This document shows, in pieces, positions 54,443-64,000 of a stretch of 64,000 nucleotides of DNA. This stretch comes from Nostoc sp. (lineage in GTDB: Bacteria; Cyanobacteriota; Cyanobacteriia; Cyanobacteriales; Nostocaceae), in contig JBALDB010000062.1 of assembly GCA_036918135.1 (NCBI GenBank), positions 1-64,000 of the forward strand. The letters are read 5' to 3'. How positions within the stretch are numbered: position 1 is the stretch's first letter; each line of letters opens with the position of its first letter. A program made the translations under genes and the position numbers. The notes below the pieces were generated by a model. That model made no database searches. It saw nothing but the letters and a program-made list of their open reading frames with translations, and was not told the origin of the DNA.

Positions 54443-54910
54443 CTAAGCAGCACTATTAGTTAATAACTTTTCTAAGTTTTGCTTTTCAAGAAAATTGAGA
54501 TACTGTGACACAATTTCTGGACTAAGCAATTCTATCATCAGGTGGTTCTCAATCCAAAATTCAATCACTTCAAACTGACCCCGGCTACAATGCAGTACCC
54601 GCCATCCTTCATTAGCAGCAATTTCTTTAATTTCTTTTTCGCTAACAGGTACACTTATAGCAGCATGAACTGCATTGAATTGACTAAAATTATTATTTTC
54701 ACGAAATTGAACTTGTTGTTCGCCATTACCAGGAATCAACTCAGTACCCAGTGGGTAAACTTCAATCAGAGTACCTTGTTCATCAAGAGCTAATGCTACG
54801 TAGCTACCAGGGTTAGAAGGAAATGGAGCAGTCTTTCCGCCCAATAGTTTAGCTAAAACTTCAGCAACATGACGAGGGTTATTCGCTGGAATAGAAATAT
54901 GGTGAATCAT
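54443..54910 (-). CDS. VOC/glyoxalase-like hypothetical protein
   Basis: MIHHISIPA.NP..VA, GTLIEVYP, HAAISV and EFWIEN motifs. Confidence 0.7.
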   Translation of the reverse strand: MIHHISIPANNPRHVAEVLAKLLGGKTAPFPSNPGSYVALALDEQGTLIEVYPLGTELIPGNGEQQVQFRENNNFSQFNAVHAAISVPVSEKEIKEIAANEGWRVLHCSRGQFEVIEFWIENHLMIELLSPEIVSQYLNFLEKQNLEKLLTNSAA

Positions 54911-55324
54911 TGGTGCTACCTCAAAATTTTAGATAATTTACAGTTATTTAGACCTTTAGTCGATAGTTAATACCGACTTGATATAGCGAGCTACTTCAAT
55001 TTTAAACTTATTTGTATAGGTAGTGAGGAGAGAGTAATAAGTAATAAATTAGCTTTTTAGAGTTGAAGACGAGTTTTTCACGTAATTTAATAGGATTATT
55101 ATATATAATAACTATTTAAAAAATAATTTTTTGAACTAATACTGATTTTTTAATAAAAGTTAGTATTAATTAAAAATTAGTTGGAGCTTCTTTTTTCTAG
55201 AAATAATCTCAAGTATTAATGACATCTATCTTTGTTAGTATTCTATTGAAACCTGTAGTAAGATTTAAAGTTTAGGAGTCTAAATTAAAACTTATAAATT
55301 CGTGCTTATTCAAAAACTAGTTTT

Positions 55325-56140
55325 ATGATTTTAGAAAATTATCAATTTCATTATTCATTAATTAGTAAACCCGAAAAATCAATAATTATGTTTTTACACG
55401 GCTTCATGGGTAACAGTGATGAGTTTGATGAAGCAATAAAATTACTATCTGATGAATTTTCTTATTTAACACTCGATTTACCCGGACACGGTAATACTCA
55501 AGTTTTGGGTGGAGATGAATACTATTCAATAACAAAAACTGCTGATGCAATAATTAATTTATTAGATAAATTAAAAATTAGCAAATGCTTTTTAGTTGGT
55601 TATTCAATGGGTGGAAGATTAGCTTTATATCTAGCCCTACATTTTCCAGAACGTTTCCTTAAAGTTGTTTTAGAATCAGCTTCCCCAGGTTTGGCAGCAG
55701 AAGCAGAACGATTAGAACGAATTAAGCGTGATACGCAAATAGGTAGGAAATTGACAAGAATTACTACTAAAATTGATTTTGTTGATTTTCTCTTTAATTG
55801 GTACAGTCAGACAATTTTTGGTTATATAAAAAATCATCCACAATATGACAAGATGCTAGAAAATCGTTTGCAGAACAATCCGCAAGAATTAGATAAATCA
55901 CTGCGCTTCATGGGCACTGGATGTCAGCCTAATTTGTGGTCAAAACTAGCAGAAAATACAATTCCTATGCTTTTATTAGCTGGCGAATATGATGAAAAAT
56001 TTATATTTATAAATACAGAAATGGCTAAAATATGTAAATTTGCCCAACTAAAAATAATTAATGATGCTGGACATAATATTCACTTTGAAAACACTTTGAT
56101 ATTTGTACAAATTCTGAGAGATTTTTGTAGGGTGCTTTAA
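55325..56140 (+). CDS. menH: SHCHC synthase (alpha/beta hydrolase)
   Basis: FLHGFMG, GYSMGGRLA, ESASPGL and GHNIH motifs. Confidence 0.88.
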   Translation: MILENYQFHYSLISKPEKSIIMFLHGFMGNSDEFDEAIKLLSDEFSYLTLDLPGHGNTQVLGGDEYYSITKTADAIINLLDKLKISKCFLVGYSMGGRLALYLALHFPERFLKVVLESASPGLAAEAERLERIKRDTQIGRKLTRITTKIDFVDFLFNWYSQTIFGYIKNHPQYDKMLENRLQNNPQELDKSLRFMGTGCQPNLWSKLAENTIPMLLLAGEYDEKFIFINTEMAKICKFAQLKIINDAGHNIHFENTLIFVQILRDFCRVL

Positions 56141-56204
56141 GGACTTACAAAAGAAAAATTATCCAGAATTATTTATAATCATCGCTTCTCACCCGTATAA
56201 GGGC

Positions 56205-56305
56205 GTTTCCATTAATTCGGATTTAAAGCAATCGGTAAAGAGTTCGTCTAGGAGCCTTTACCCTATAAAGGTTTCAGCCGCCAAATCGACGCATCTGTCA
56301 AAAAA
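56205..56305 (-). CRISPR. orphan single CRISPR-like repeat (56205-56240) with adjacent leader-like sequence
   Basis: Minus strand CTTTACCGATTGCTTTAAATCCGAATTAATGGAAAC: 36 nt, GGAAAC 3' end, CCGATT/AATCCG stem with one mismatch. Only one copy; no cas genes in the window. Confidence 0.5.
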
Positions 56306-56725
56306 ATTATATATTCTTCCACCTAACGGGATAAACACTGGATGCGTAACTTAAAGGTACAAAATATTATATAAACGTTCAAGAATTAAATACTGAATAC
56401 AAAGTTATTGAAAATACTTACTAACAGTATTTATAATACTGTGTGCTAGGCGAAAAGCAATTATTGACCTGCTTAACTGCAAGTATATTCAGGCAAAATC
56501 ATACCTTAGCCTCAAAAAAGCTCAAATTTATATACAGCAAGGCTTTTCAGACCATCTTGCCTAAAATTACTTGTATCTCGGCTCAATACCTTCTTAGGGT
56601 TTTCAGTCCGCGTTGTCTGAAGTCAAATATCTACCTAATTAACTTGTTTTCATGTCACAGACATATTAGAAAGGGCAAGAGTTGCCAAAGGCAATCCTTG
56701 CCCTCTCCAAATACACATGAAAAGA

Positions 56726-57283
56726 TTATGGACTTGTTAGTGTTATCGTTTCGACCCCATTAACTCTAGTGATACCAGTAGTAGCACATTTAGTACTATC
56801 TGTTGTAACAAGAGTAATGGTTCTTGTCGCCATAGCATTTTTAAATATTCCGTTTATAACTGTTCCGCTCTGTACTATAACGCTACTACCAATTGGTTTT
56901 TGATTAGCAACAGGAATGAACTTTATTATACTATAATATTGCCCATTGTTCCAATAGTACGTTGTTTGAGTTGAACTTCCTTGGTTTGTCAACAGACAGG
57001 AGCTAGTTATTGTACCTGTGCTACTATCCCTACCTGATACAATCTTTGGATTACTCACCAGAGGAAGGCACGTATTCAAAATACCTTCAGAATTTATGGT
57101 AGTCTGTTGTTCCTGTAATTTCAGACCTGGAGTATAGCTTGCTGTATATGGTCCCGTACAGCTAAGTTCAACAACACCTGCATTAGCAGGCTTGTTAGCT
57201 ATATTAAAATCAATACCGAGTGTAGCCGCAGCAATAGCATAAACAAGAACTGATACTCTCCGACAGGTAGATGATCCTAGCAT
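56726..57283 (-). CDS. hypothetical secreted Thr/Cys-containing beta-rich protein
   Basis: Signal-like N-terminus ending PANA, several Cys, pattern C.G.....YTPGL. Confidence 0.7.
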   Translation of the reverse strand: MLGSSTCRRVSVLVYAIAAATLGIDFNIANKPANAGVVELSCTGPYTASYTPGLKLQEQQTTINSEGILNTCLPLVSNPKIVSGRDSSTGTITSSCLLTNQGSSTQTTYYWNNGQYYSIIKFIPVANQKPIGSSVIVQSGTVINGIFKNAMATRTITLVTTDSTKCATTGITRVNGVETITLTSP

Positions 57284-57539
57284 AATAAACCTTTGTAAGT
57301 AGTCTGATAATTTAAGCTGTTAATGGTACTAAGTGAAGATATAGCAGAAGGCAGGAGGTAAAACTATTGCTAACTCCAGTATTCACCCTTTCAAAATGTC
57401 CTAAAGAGTGTGACTACGGCTATAATTAACAGTTTTGCTTAAGTGTCGGCTACTGCTAACAATTCCCTTACTAGTAAACTTCTTAACTCAGGTAAAGTTT
57501 ATAACTAAATATTTTCAATAAAAACTATCAATAGCTGGT

Positions 57540-57587
57540 TGACAGATGTTAACTAGCTGTGTGTTAACAGCTAGTTAACATCTGTCA
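57540..57587. repeat. perfect 21-bp inverted repeat with a 6-nt loop
   Basis: TGACAGATGTTAACTAGCTGT-GTGTTA-ACAGCTAGTTAACATCTGTCA. Confidence 0.95.
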
Positions 57588-57609
57588 GTAGACCGAAAAC
57601 TTTTGCGTT

Positions 57610-57688
57610 AGCGTACCCTTCGGGAAGCAAGCTACGCGCAGCGTCTCGCAGAGAAGCTCACCGTTTGCGTAGCGTCTCGCACAGAAGG
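57610..57688 (-). repeat. small dispersed palindromic repeat (copy 3 plus a partial copy)
   Basis: Reverse complement of the 7944/22391 element, with a second GCGTAGCGTCTCGC half. Confidence 0.8.
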
Positions 57689-57753
57689 TATCGCTCTTTT
57701 GTGAATACCTATCTAAGTATATTTTTGTCGAAAAGCCGTGTTTTAAAATCTCA

Positions 57754-58068
57754 GTGTTAAAGGGCTATTCAGACCTCCCTTCTCTGGAAGAGGCTTTAAA
57801 TAAAGCACTCCAAAGCCGCTTGCCAACTGGTATACGACAAGGACAACAAAAAATTGCCATCGACTTTAACTTAATCCCATATTATGGTGAGCCATCATTA
57901 TTAGAAGCACCATATATTTATAGAAGTCAAGCGAAAAATGGTACTTGCTCTTTCTATGCTTATGCTACTTTGTATGTAATTAAAAAGTATAAAAGAGTAA
58001 CTTTAGCTATAAAAGCTGTTCAACAACAAAACACATTGGTGGCAATTATCACTTATCTTTTAACATAA
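57754..58068 (+). pseudogene. transposase fragment (ISH3/IS4-like)
   Basis: KIAIDFNLIPYYG..YIYRSQAK.GT..FYAYATLYV..KRVTLAI; truncated at both ends. Confidence 0.75.
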
Positions 58069-58488
58069 CCCTTATTCTTTAGTTAACTTCTCTCAACCAA
58101 TAATATAGGGTTTCGGCGATTTGGCAAGATGCGTCGATGAACATCTGAAAGTTCCCCTTGAGAGTCAAAAGTTAACACTGGCGTTGTACAAACTTTATAA
58201 TAAGGTTAAAGGGGAAGAATGCGCTAATTACAGGTGCAATATCAGGTGTTGACCAAGCGATCGCCTTTAGACTTGCCCAACAAAAGTCTAATATCGCTTT
58301 TCAAAAAATTCTTGCATAAGTCCTATTTAGCTTCAAATCAAGCCGCCTACATCGCCGGACAAACTACTGTTTGTAAATGGGGATTGACTTTGTATGCTGA
58401 TTTGGGGGAAACCCAGTCAGCTTAAGAGTTTAGCTGGCGTGCTTTCCACAATTGAATCGATACATATTGTTAGTGGAATTAGACGCCT

Positions 58489-59892
58489 ATGACTAGCACG
58501 AGCAATCAAAACAGTTTGCTAGAAGCAGAAGCTTGGAATTTTCTAGAGAAGTCGATAATTTATTATCAGGAAAAACCCATCGGTACGATAGCCGCTTACG
58601 ATCCAAAGTTAGATGCACTCAATTATGACCAGTGTTTTCTTAGGGATTTTGTGCCTTCTGCCTTGGTGTTTCTCATGTACGGCAAAGCAGAGATTGTCCG
58701 GAACTTTTTAGTAGAAACATTGAAATTACAAAGTCATGAAAAGCAGATGGACTGCTTTGAACCGGGAGCGGGGTTAATGCCTGCGAGTTTCAAAGTACAT
58801 TATATAGGAAGTGAGGAATTTTTGATTGCTGATTTTGGCGAACAAGCGATCGCTCGTGTTGCTCCAGTTGATTCTTGTATGTGGTGGATTCTGCTGCTAC
58901 GAGCTTATGAAAAAGCAACAGGCGATTTGGCTCTAGCGCGTCAGCCAAATTTTCAAGCAGGAATCAAGTTAATTTTAGATCTTTGTTTGGTACATCGCTT
59001 TTCCATGTACCCAACAATGTTAGTTCCCGATGGCGCGTTTATGATTGACCGTCGTCTGGGAGTTTCCGAACATCCTTTAGAAATTCAAGTATTATTTTAT
59101 GCGTCCTTAAGGGCAGCTCAAGAATTACTTTTACCAGATGGTGATGGTGATACTTATCTGAGTAAAGTCAATAGGCGATTGGGAGCTTTAAAATATCATA
59201 TCCGCAATTACTACTGGCTAAACCTAGAGCGATTGCGAGAAATTTATCGTTACAAAGGTAATGAATTTGGCAAAGAAATAGCAAATAAATTTAACATTCA
59301 TTCAGAATCTATCCCCGCCTGGTTGACCGAGTGGTTACCCGAAACTGGAGGATATTTAGCCGGAAATTTGGGGCCGGGACGGATGGATTTTCGCTTTTTT
59401 AGTTTGGGAAATTTGATGGCAATCTTAGCTTCCTTAGCAAGCGAAACAGAATCTCAAAATATCATGAATTTGTTTGCGGAACGCTGGCGAGACTTGATTG
59501 GCTATATGCCTGTCAAAATCTGCTTTCCAGCTTTAGAAGGTTTAGAGTGGAGAATTGTGACAGGATGTGACTCTAAGAATATCGCTTGGTCTTATCACAA
59601 CGGTGGTAACTGGCCTGTTTTGTTGTGGTTATTTTGCGCTGCGGCACAGAAAACAGGTAGGATAGAACTTGCTCATGAAGCGATCGCGATTGCTGAAAGT
59701 CGTTTATTTGAAGATAAATTCCCCGAATACTACGATGGCAACAATGGTCGTTTAATTGGCAAAGAAGCTAGAATTTACCAAACTTGGAGCATTGCTGGAT
59801 TGTTAGCAGCAAAACAGTTCCTCGCAAATCCAGATTACTTGGAATTAATCAGTTTTCCAGAGGGACTGGAAGGGCCTGGTTGTAGTATTTGA
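58489..59892 (+). CDS. alkaline/neutral invertase (GH100)
   Basis: [26 protein letters not shown] and SYHNGG motifs. Confidence 0.93.
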   Translation: MTSTSNQNSLLEAEAWNFLEKSIIYYQEKPIGTIAAYDPKLDALNYDQCFLRDFVPSALVFLMYGKAEIVRNFLVETLKLQSHEKQMDCFEPGAGLMPASFKVHYIGSEEFLIADFGEQAIARVAPVDSCMWWILLLRAYEKATGDLALARQPNFQAGIKLILDLCLVHRFSMYPTMLVPDGAFMIDRRLGVSEHPLEIQVLFYASLRAAQELLLPDGDGDTYLSKVNRRLGALKYHIRNYYWLNLERLREIYRYKGNEFGKEIANKFNIHSESIPAWLTEWLPETGGYLAGNLGPGRMDFRFFSLGNLMAILASLASETESQNIMNLFAERWRDLIGYMPVKICFPALEGLEWRIVTGCDSKNIAWSYHNGGNWPVLLWLFCAAAQKTGRIELAHEAIAIAESRLFEDKFPEYYDGNNGRLIGKEARIYQTWSIAGLLAAKQFLANPDYLELISFPEGLEGPGCSI

Positions 59893-59991
59893 GACGAAGA
59901 CGCAGGGATGGGGAGATAGTATTCAATCGTTTATTTGCTTCACCTTGTCATCTTATCTATCCAATCCCCAGTCCCCACTTCCTCTGTTTTC

Positions 59992-61779
59992 TCAAGATTT
60001 AGGCTTATACGTCGAAGCAACGTGCAATTCTTTTAATTGCTTGACATCCACACCAGAAGGTGCATCTGTCAACAGACAACGAGCTTGTTGCGTCTTCGGA
60101 AAAGCAATCACATCGCGAATCGATTCTTCCCCAGCTAGCAACATTACCAAACGGTCTAAACCGTAGGCAATGCCACCATGCGGCGGTGTACCATATTCAA
60201 ATGCTTCCAACAAAAAGCCAAATTTATTTTGTGCTTCTTCAGGAGATAAACCGATCGCTTCAAATACCTGTTGTTGAATTTCGCGCTGATAAATCCGCAG
60301 ACTTCCACCGCCAACTTCCACGCCGTTGAGTACCAAGTCGTAAGCTTGGGCGCGTGCAGTTTTTAAATCGCTTAAATCCTCAGGATTTGGTGCTGTAAAC
60401 GGGTGATGCAGTGCTTCTAAGCGTTTTTCGCCAGCGTTCCACTCAAACATCGGGAAATCTGTAATCCACAGCAAGTTAATTTTTTCTGGATCGATTAAGT
60501 CAAATTCCTTGGCAATAACTTGCCGCAATCTATCCAAAGTTTTATTAACAGTGGCAGCATCACCAGCCCCAAACAATAACAAATGTCCAGCTTTGGCATC
60601 TGTGCGTCGGAGAATTTCTTGTTTTTGTTCGGCGCTGAGGTTGTCTTTAATTGCCCCAATGGTGTCAATTTCGCCATCGTCTCTGACGCGGATATAAGCT
60701 AAACCTTTAGCACCAGCTTCGCTGGCTTCTTTGAATAAATCACCACCTGGTTTGATGCGGACATTAGAAATTACATCGTTACCATTGGGAATGGGTAGGA
60801 TTTTCACAACACCGCCATTGATTACAGTGTCTCGAAAGACTTTAAAATTAGAGTCTTTGACAATATCCGAGACATTGATTAATTCCAAACCATAGCGAGT
60901 ATCTGGTTTATCGCTACCGTAGCGTTCCATTCCTTCGGCGTAGGTGAGGCGGGGGAAAGGGCGCTGTAACTCAATGCCTTTAACCGTTTTGAAGATATGA
61001 CAAACTAACTTTTCGTTGAGTTCGATAATTTCTTCTTGAGACATGAAGCTCATTTCCATGTCTAACTGAGTGAATTCTGGTTGTCTGTCGGCGCGTAAAT
61101 CTTCATCGCGGAAGCAACGGGCAATTTGATAATATCTATCCAAGCCGGATACCATTAGCAATTGTTTAAATAACTGGGGTGATTGGGGTAGAGCAAACCA
61201 TTCACCAGGGTTAACGCGACTGGGTAAGATATAATCTCTAGCACCTTCGGGAGTCGAACGCGTAAGTATTGGGGTTTCGACTTCGATAAAACCCTCTAAA
61301 TCTTCCAAGTAACGGCGCATGGCTTTAACAATTTGATGACGCAGTTGCAAATTTTGCGCCATACGTTCGCGCCGCAAATCTAAATAGCGATATTTCAGCC
61401 GCAAGTCTTCCCGCACTGTTTCGCTGTCGGTTATAGAAACTTGGAAAGGTAACTGTTTACGGACGGCGTTGAGTAGTTGAATTCGGTCGGCGTAAACTTC
61501 TATCTCACCTGTGGGTAGACGCGGATTTAGGGATTCTTCGGGGCGTTGTGTCACCCTACCAGTGATTTCAACAACATATTCATTTCGCAGAGCGTTCGCC
61601 TGCTCATAGGAATCGGGGGTGCGTTGCGGATCGCTAACGATTTGGACAATACCAGAGCGATCGCGTAAATCTAAAAATATCACGCCCCCATGATCGCGGC
61701 GACGGTCTACCCATCCGTAAAAGGTAACTGTTTCTCCAATATGTTCTTTTCGGAGTTCGCCGCAATAGTGAGTTCGCAT
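59992..61779 (-). CDS. aspS: aspartate--tRNA ligase
   Basis: [28 protein letters not shown] and PPHGG motifs. Confidence 0.97.
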   Translation of the reverse strand: MRTHYCGELRKEHIGETVTFYGWVDRRRDHGGVIFLDLRDRSGIVQIVSDPQRTPDSYEQANALRNEYVVEITGRVTQRPEESLNPRLPTGEIEVYADRIQLLNAVRKQLPFQVSITDSETVREDLRLKYRYLDLRRERMAQNLQLRHQIVKAMRRYLEDLEGFIEVETPILTRSTPEGARDYILPSRVNPGEWFALPQSPQLFKQLLMVSGLDRYYQIARCFRDEDLRADRQPEFTQLDMEMSFMSQEEIIELNEKLVCHIFKTVKGIELQRPFPRLTYAEGMERYGSDKPDTRYGLELINVSDIVKDSNFKVFRDTVINGGVVKILPIPNGNDVISNVRIKPGGDLFKEASEAGAKGLAYIRVRDDGEIDTIGAIKDNLSAEQKQEILRRTDAKAGHLLLFGAGDAATVNKTLDRLRQVIAKEFDLIDPEKINLLWITDFPMFEWNAGEKRLEALHHPFTAPNPEDLSDLKTARAQAYDLVLNGVEVGGGSLRIYQREIQQQVFEAIGLSPEEAQNKFGFLLEAFEYGTPPHGGIAYGLDRLVMLLAGEESIRDVIAFPKTQQARCLLTDAPSGVDVKQLKELHVASTYKPKS

Positions 61780-61927
61780 AATTGTTAGTTCTGTTTATCT
61801 GGGCTAGATTGGCAAGTAAATCTCAAAGCTTTCCCATTATCTAGCATCAATAGTAATTGTAGTAGTTTCAGTTCCAGAAAAAATCGATTAAGCTGATCTC
61901 ACGCTTAAAACGGGATGGCATTTCACG

Positions 61928-62125
61928 TTAACAGTTAACTGCGTCGGGAACACAAACTCTCTGCACGCCAACAAACTCTAATGTTTCAACATTTTCTTGC
62001 TCAACCTCTAAAATTAGTTCGTTTAAAGACTTGGTTTAAATGTAACAGCGAGCAAGACTAAGTACTGAGGCAATAAAATTAACTTCAGAGTCCCGTTGGA
62101 TAATGACGTTAAATTCTCTGGTCAT
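61928..62125 (-). pseudogene. hicB: HicB-family antitoxin pseudogene
   Basis: Reads MTREFNVIIQRDSEVNFIASVLSLARCYI*TKSLNELILEVEQENVETLEFVGVQRV; in-frame TAA at 62036-62038 and apparent loss of the EAIEL helix. Confidence 0.7.
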
Positions 62126-62200
62126 CTGGAAATTGTTATTTAAGTTAGATAGAGATAAGTAGTATAAAAGTACTGTTTTATCATCCAAAACTGATAACTG

Positions 62201-62674
62201 TTAATCACTGTCTCCATAAAAATCTTCATCTAATAATTGTTCAACAATAAAAGGACAATCTAGAGGATATTCTGCTTTTGAAGGTTTTCTGACTCCTAAT
62301 TTAGGGTTTTGACTTTCTTTGATTGCCAGCTTCCGGGCATCGGCATAGGCTTGAGAAATAACTTCAGTAATATAATTTTTAAAAGAAGGATTTTCTGCTA
62401 AATCCTTTTTTACTCGAAAACGATGTTCTGTCACAGAACTATACCAGCTTACTTTCATCATCTCAGGAGCATCAAATTGAACGGTTAATTTGAGTAAATG
62501 AGCAATCAAGATTGTTAAATTACTAATAAATGACCGTTTTTCTGACTTTCCCATGTCTTCTAATTCTAAAAGCAAATGCTCCCAGTCTATGTCATTAAAA
62601 CGATGTTGTTTAATCTGTTCAATAATACTTTCTCGCCATAAATTAAAATCTTGTTCGTACAGTTGATTGTTCAT
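62201..62674 (-). CDS. DUF29 family protein
   Basis: LYEQDFNLW, DWEHLLLELEDMGKSE, HLLK and NPS motifs. Confidence 0.9.
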   Translation of the reverse strand: MNNQLYEQDFNLWRESIIEQIKQHRFNDIDWEHLLLELEDMGKSEKRSFISNLTILIAHLLKLTVQFDAPEMMKVSWYSSVTEHRFRVKKDLAENPSFKNYITEVISQAYADARKLAIKESQNPKLGVRKPSKAEYPLDCPFIVEQLLDEDFYGDSD

Positions 62675-63020
62675 ATAACTTTAAATTTTTTAAATTTATA
62701 AATTTTGAGATAGAATACTCTAATTTTAGAGTAACCCAATAGGTGCGATGCCAGTAGAAGAGCTTACGCCAATAAAGTAACCTTTAGCTGTATTGATGGG
62801 TGAAAAGCTATAACACGAAACAGCAGCAAATACAGAAGCAATTACTAGCTTAACAGATGCCAAAATCCTATTTTGTTTAGTGCGAATTGAGGATGAGCAG
62901 TTTTTCTCACAGTGGTTGAAAGAATTACCTAAAATTACTGAAGCTAAAAAACCTCTCTAGATATAGTGCGGCGCAGATATCTTTATCACCGTGGTACACT
63001 GATTTATTAGCTTCAACCGA

Positions 63021-63929
63021 TTAATCGAGGTATTTTGCATTAGCAAAGAACCGCCGATAGTGAGTCGATGACCCATAAAGACTTTTATAAAAAAACCAGG
63101 TATCAAGTACTAGTTCCAACAGAGAAATTAACAACCAAAATGCTAGAGAAAAAATTACAGGTAGGCTGAGATCGGGAAACTTACTTTGTAAATCGATAAT
63201 ACCAAATAACAACAAAAATAGCAGCGAAACTCCCAGAAGAAAAGACAACTTGACAATTGCGAGAATAAAACGGCTCATCTCCAAAATCCGATTGTAAAGC
63301 CGAGAAAATCTTTCCAGGATTTCTTCCATATTATTGATGACAAGAAAGATTTGTTGCCAGTGCAGATGGGTAGTTAAGGAGTATTGTTGCTGCACTTGCG
63401 CCCGTTCATATTCATTCTTGAAATTATCTAAAAGCTCGTCCAAAGATAGTACTTGAGAGCTAGTTTCCCAAATTGGAAAATCCTTTAAATGCAAAGGAAC
63501 TAAATAGTTAATCAGCTCTACCAAATTTTCATTAAAATTACTGAGTTCGGCGGGAAGAGACTGAGTTAGACGAATAAGTTGGTCAATCTGAATCTGAAGT
63601 GTGTAGTAATCATCATACTGCCTTTGAGCGATTAACTGACTATTAAACGTGAGAAAAACAATTAATACCCCCAATAAAGCAGCTAAGGACTGGGATACAG
63701 CAGAAAAGAATTCAATCGCCACCTGTTTAGGCACTGTCAGCCAAGGGCCGTTTTCCCGCATAGCAAAAAGCAACGTAGTAACAAATACAACTCCTACGAA
63801 CGCTAGCTGATGGCGGGTAAGAGTAGCTATGACTGTCCGCACTAAAGGAATGTTACTGAGTTGAACCAGGATTTTTAGACCTGGAACTGGTTCACAAATT
63901 TCAAGTCGTTGGGCTTTGCGGGTTGACAT
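63021..63929 (-). CDS. hypothetical membrane protein (about 4 TM segments around a helical soluble domain)
   Basis: 302-aa ORF with two N-terminal and two C-terminal hydrophobic segments; no family recognised. Confidence 0.65.
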   Translation of the reverse strand: MSTRKAQRLEICEPVPGLKILVQLSNIPLVRTVIATLTRHQLAFVGVVFVTTLLFAMRENGPWLTVPKQVAIEFFSAVSQSLAALLGVLIVFLTFNSQLIAQRQYDDYYTLQIQIDQLIRLTQSLPAELSNFNENLVELINYLVPLHLKDFPIWETSSQVLSLDELLDNFKNEYERAQVQQQYSLTTHLHWQQIFLVINNMEEILERFSRLYNRILEMSRFILAIVKLSFLLGVSLLFLLLFGIIDLQSKFPDLSLPVIFSLAFWLLISLLELVLDTWFFYKSLYGSSTHYRRFFANAKYLD

Positions 63930-64000
63930 GATTGAAGAAGAATACAGAATACAGAATTGGTGAATTCAGCAATCTTTTAGTGTAGCGAACTACCACCAGC

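Noticed and set aside
56443..56763. 106-aa ORF
   Set aside because: No motif or RBS and it overlaps the secreted gene's end. The DNA looks like a mobile-element end remnant, but I cannot assign it.

Overview
Core chromosomal window of a filamentous, probably heterocyst-forming cyanobacterium (Nostoc/Calothrix-like). This is inferred from dozens of HIP1 GCGATCGC octamers, heptamer STRR-type repeats, small dispersed palindromic repeats and the gene content. It holds the replication origin: hhoA-dnaA followed by 8 perfect TTTTCCACA DnaA boxes. dnaN is not beside it but lies about 19 kb away on the opposite strand, and a foreign-looking AraC/darcynin module follows oriC instead. Housekeeping genes include eda, tocopherol cyclase, guaB3, trxA, fbaA, pdhA, ftn2, dhaKL, def, sbp, an AphC-like phytochrome/cyanobacteriochrome kinase, an ArsA/Get3-like ATPase, ackA, menH, a neutral invertase and aspS. 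Items absent from the ORF track: a tRNA-Arg(CCU) split by a 288-nt group I intron, tRNA-Lys(UUU), the sRNA Yfr1 (with candidate targets inside this window), an orphan CRISPR-like repeat with leader-like sequence whose motif recurs inverted 1.8 kb away, two unrelated 21-bp tandem arrays, a 50-aa membrane protein and a hicB pseudogene. I do not see a complete novel multi-gene system with certainty. The best candidates are the sigma-like/CHAT protease module, the NqrB-like + DUF2330 pair, the AraC-darcynin unit and the CRISPR relic. All family assignments come from motif recognition, not database searches.
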